Shown here: positions 63,548 to 64,000 of the stretch, piece by piece
Numbering within the stretch: the first letter of the stretch is position 1
How the letters are laid out: each line of letters begins with the position of its first letter
Assembly: GCA_963789395.1 (NCBI GenBank)
Contig: CAWBKP010000012.1
Location: forward strand, 32,001-96,000
Length of the DNA stretch: 64,000 nucleotides
DNA from: an uncultured delta proteobacterium
GTDB lineage: Bacteria > Desulfobacterota > Desulfobacteria > Desulfobacterales > Desulfatirhabdiaceae
Reading direction: 5' to 3'
Notes under the pieces: model-generated
Seen by the model: only the letters and a program-made list of their open reading frames with translations
What the model was told of the DNA's origin: nothing
The model's database searches: none
Translations under genes and position numbers: made by a program

Positions 63548-63892
63548 ATGAACAACGAACAGATGGCACCAGAGACGAAAGGTGTTACGGTGAAATTACT
63601 TGCAACGGTTGACCTTGGCCCTGAGATCGAGGGCATGGCAGGGCGCCAGCTTCGAATGCGTATGGTGACCATCGCGCCTGGAGGCGTCTTCGGCCCGATT
63701 CACGACCATAAAGACAGACCTGGCACCGTCTACATCCTTCAGGGAACGATCACTGACCATCGAAATGGCGTCGCGACGGACTATGGGCCGGGAGTGGGCT
63801 GGCCCGAGGACAGGAACACCACGCACTGGCTTGAGAACAGAGGAACGATTCCGGCGGTGGAGATCTCGGTCGATATCGTCAGACAGGATTAA
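63548..63892 (+). CDS. Cupin domain protein
   Basis: IAPGG...H.H..RPG.VYILQG, HW.EN.G. Confidence 0.85.
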   Translation: MNNEQMAPETKGVTVKLLATVDLGPEIEGMAGRQLRMRMVTIAPGGVFGPIHDHKDRPGTVYILQGTITDHRNGVATDYGPGVGWPEDRNTTHWLENRGTIPAVEISVDIVRQD

Positions 63893-64000
63893 GCGCAGGC
63901 CCGGCATCCATAATTCCAGCGAATCCCGGGGAGCGCTTGAGATTCAAGCAGGAAGAAAAACATGGACGAACTTTTAGAGCAGGGGATAAGCAAGATGGAA

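Noticed and set aside
1..64000. CRISPR array, rRNA, tRNA, integrase or transposase
   Set aside because: No regularly spaced repeats, cloverleaf, rRNA-like sequence or recombinase motifs recognised by eye.

Overview
Bacterial chromosomal window. Gene families (Sfum_1244, TIGR04552, TRAP/Dpp operons) and intergenic repeat types suggest a deltaproteobacterium (Desulfobacterota-like); this is inference. Family names are recognised from motifs by eye, not database searches. About 1-52 kb is accessory metabolism, transport and stress genes: flavoproteins, a fused IorAB-type molybdoenzyme, a GC-rich GH5 glucanase paired with a degenerate YddA-type ABC protein, an OmpR/sensor kinase next to msrAB, Kef efflux, a TRAP-aminotransferase-GlcDF-amidohydrolase operon, a free-standing archaeal-type ThrRS editing domain with a Nudix gene, a Dpp operon, modF and an acyl-CoA dehydrogenase. 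About 53-64 kb is a defence/conflict island: two type II TA pairs, a type I RM locus collapsed to an hsdM-5'/hsdR-3' junction, a YgjP-like gene, an AEP primase-SF2 helicase-PLD nuclease fusion, an HTH + nucleotidyltransferase pair and hipBA, with three same-strand attC-like sites and no integrase in view. Two kinds of damage occur: clustered single-base insertions (probably read/assembly error) and several genes reduced to a 5' end joined to a 3' end. No rRNA, tRNA or CRISPR array was seen.
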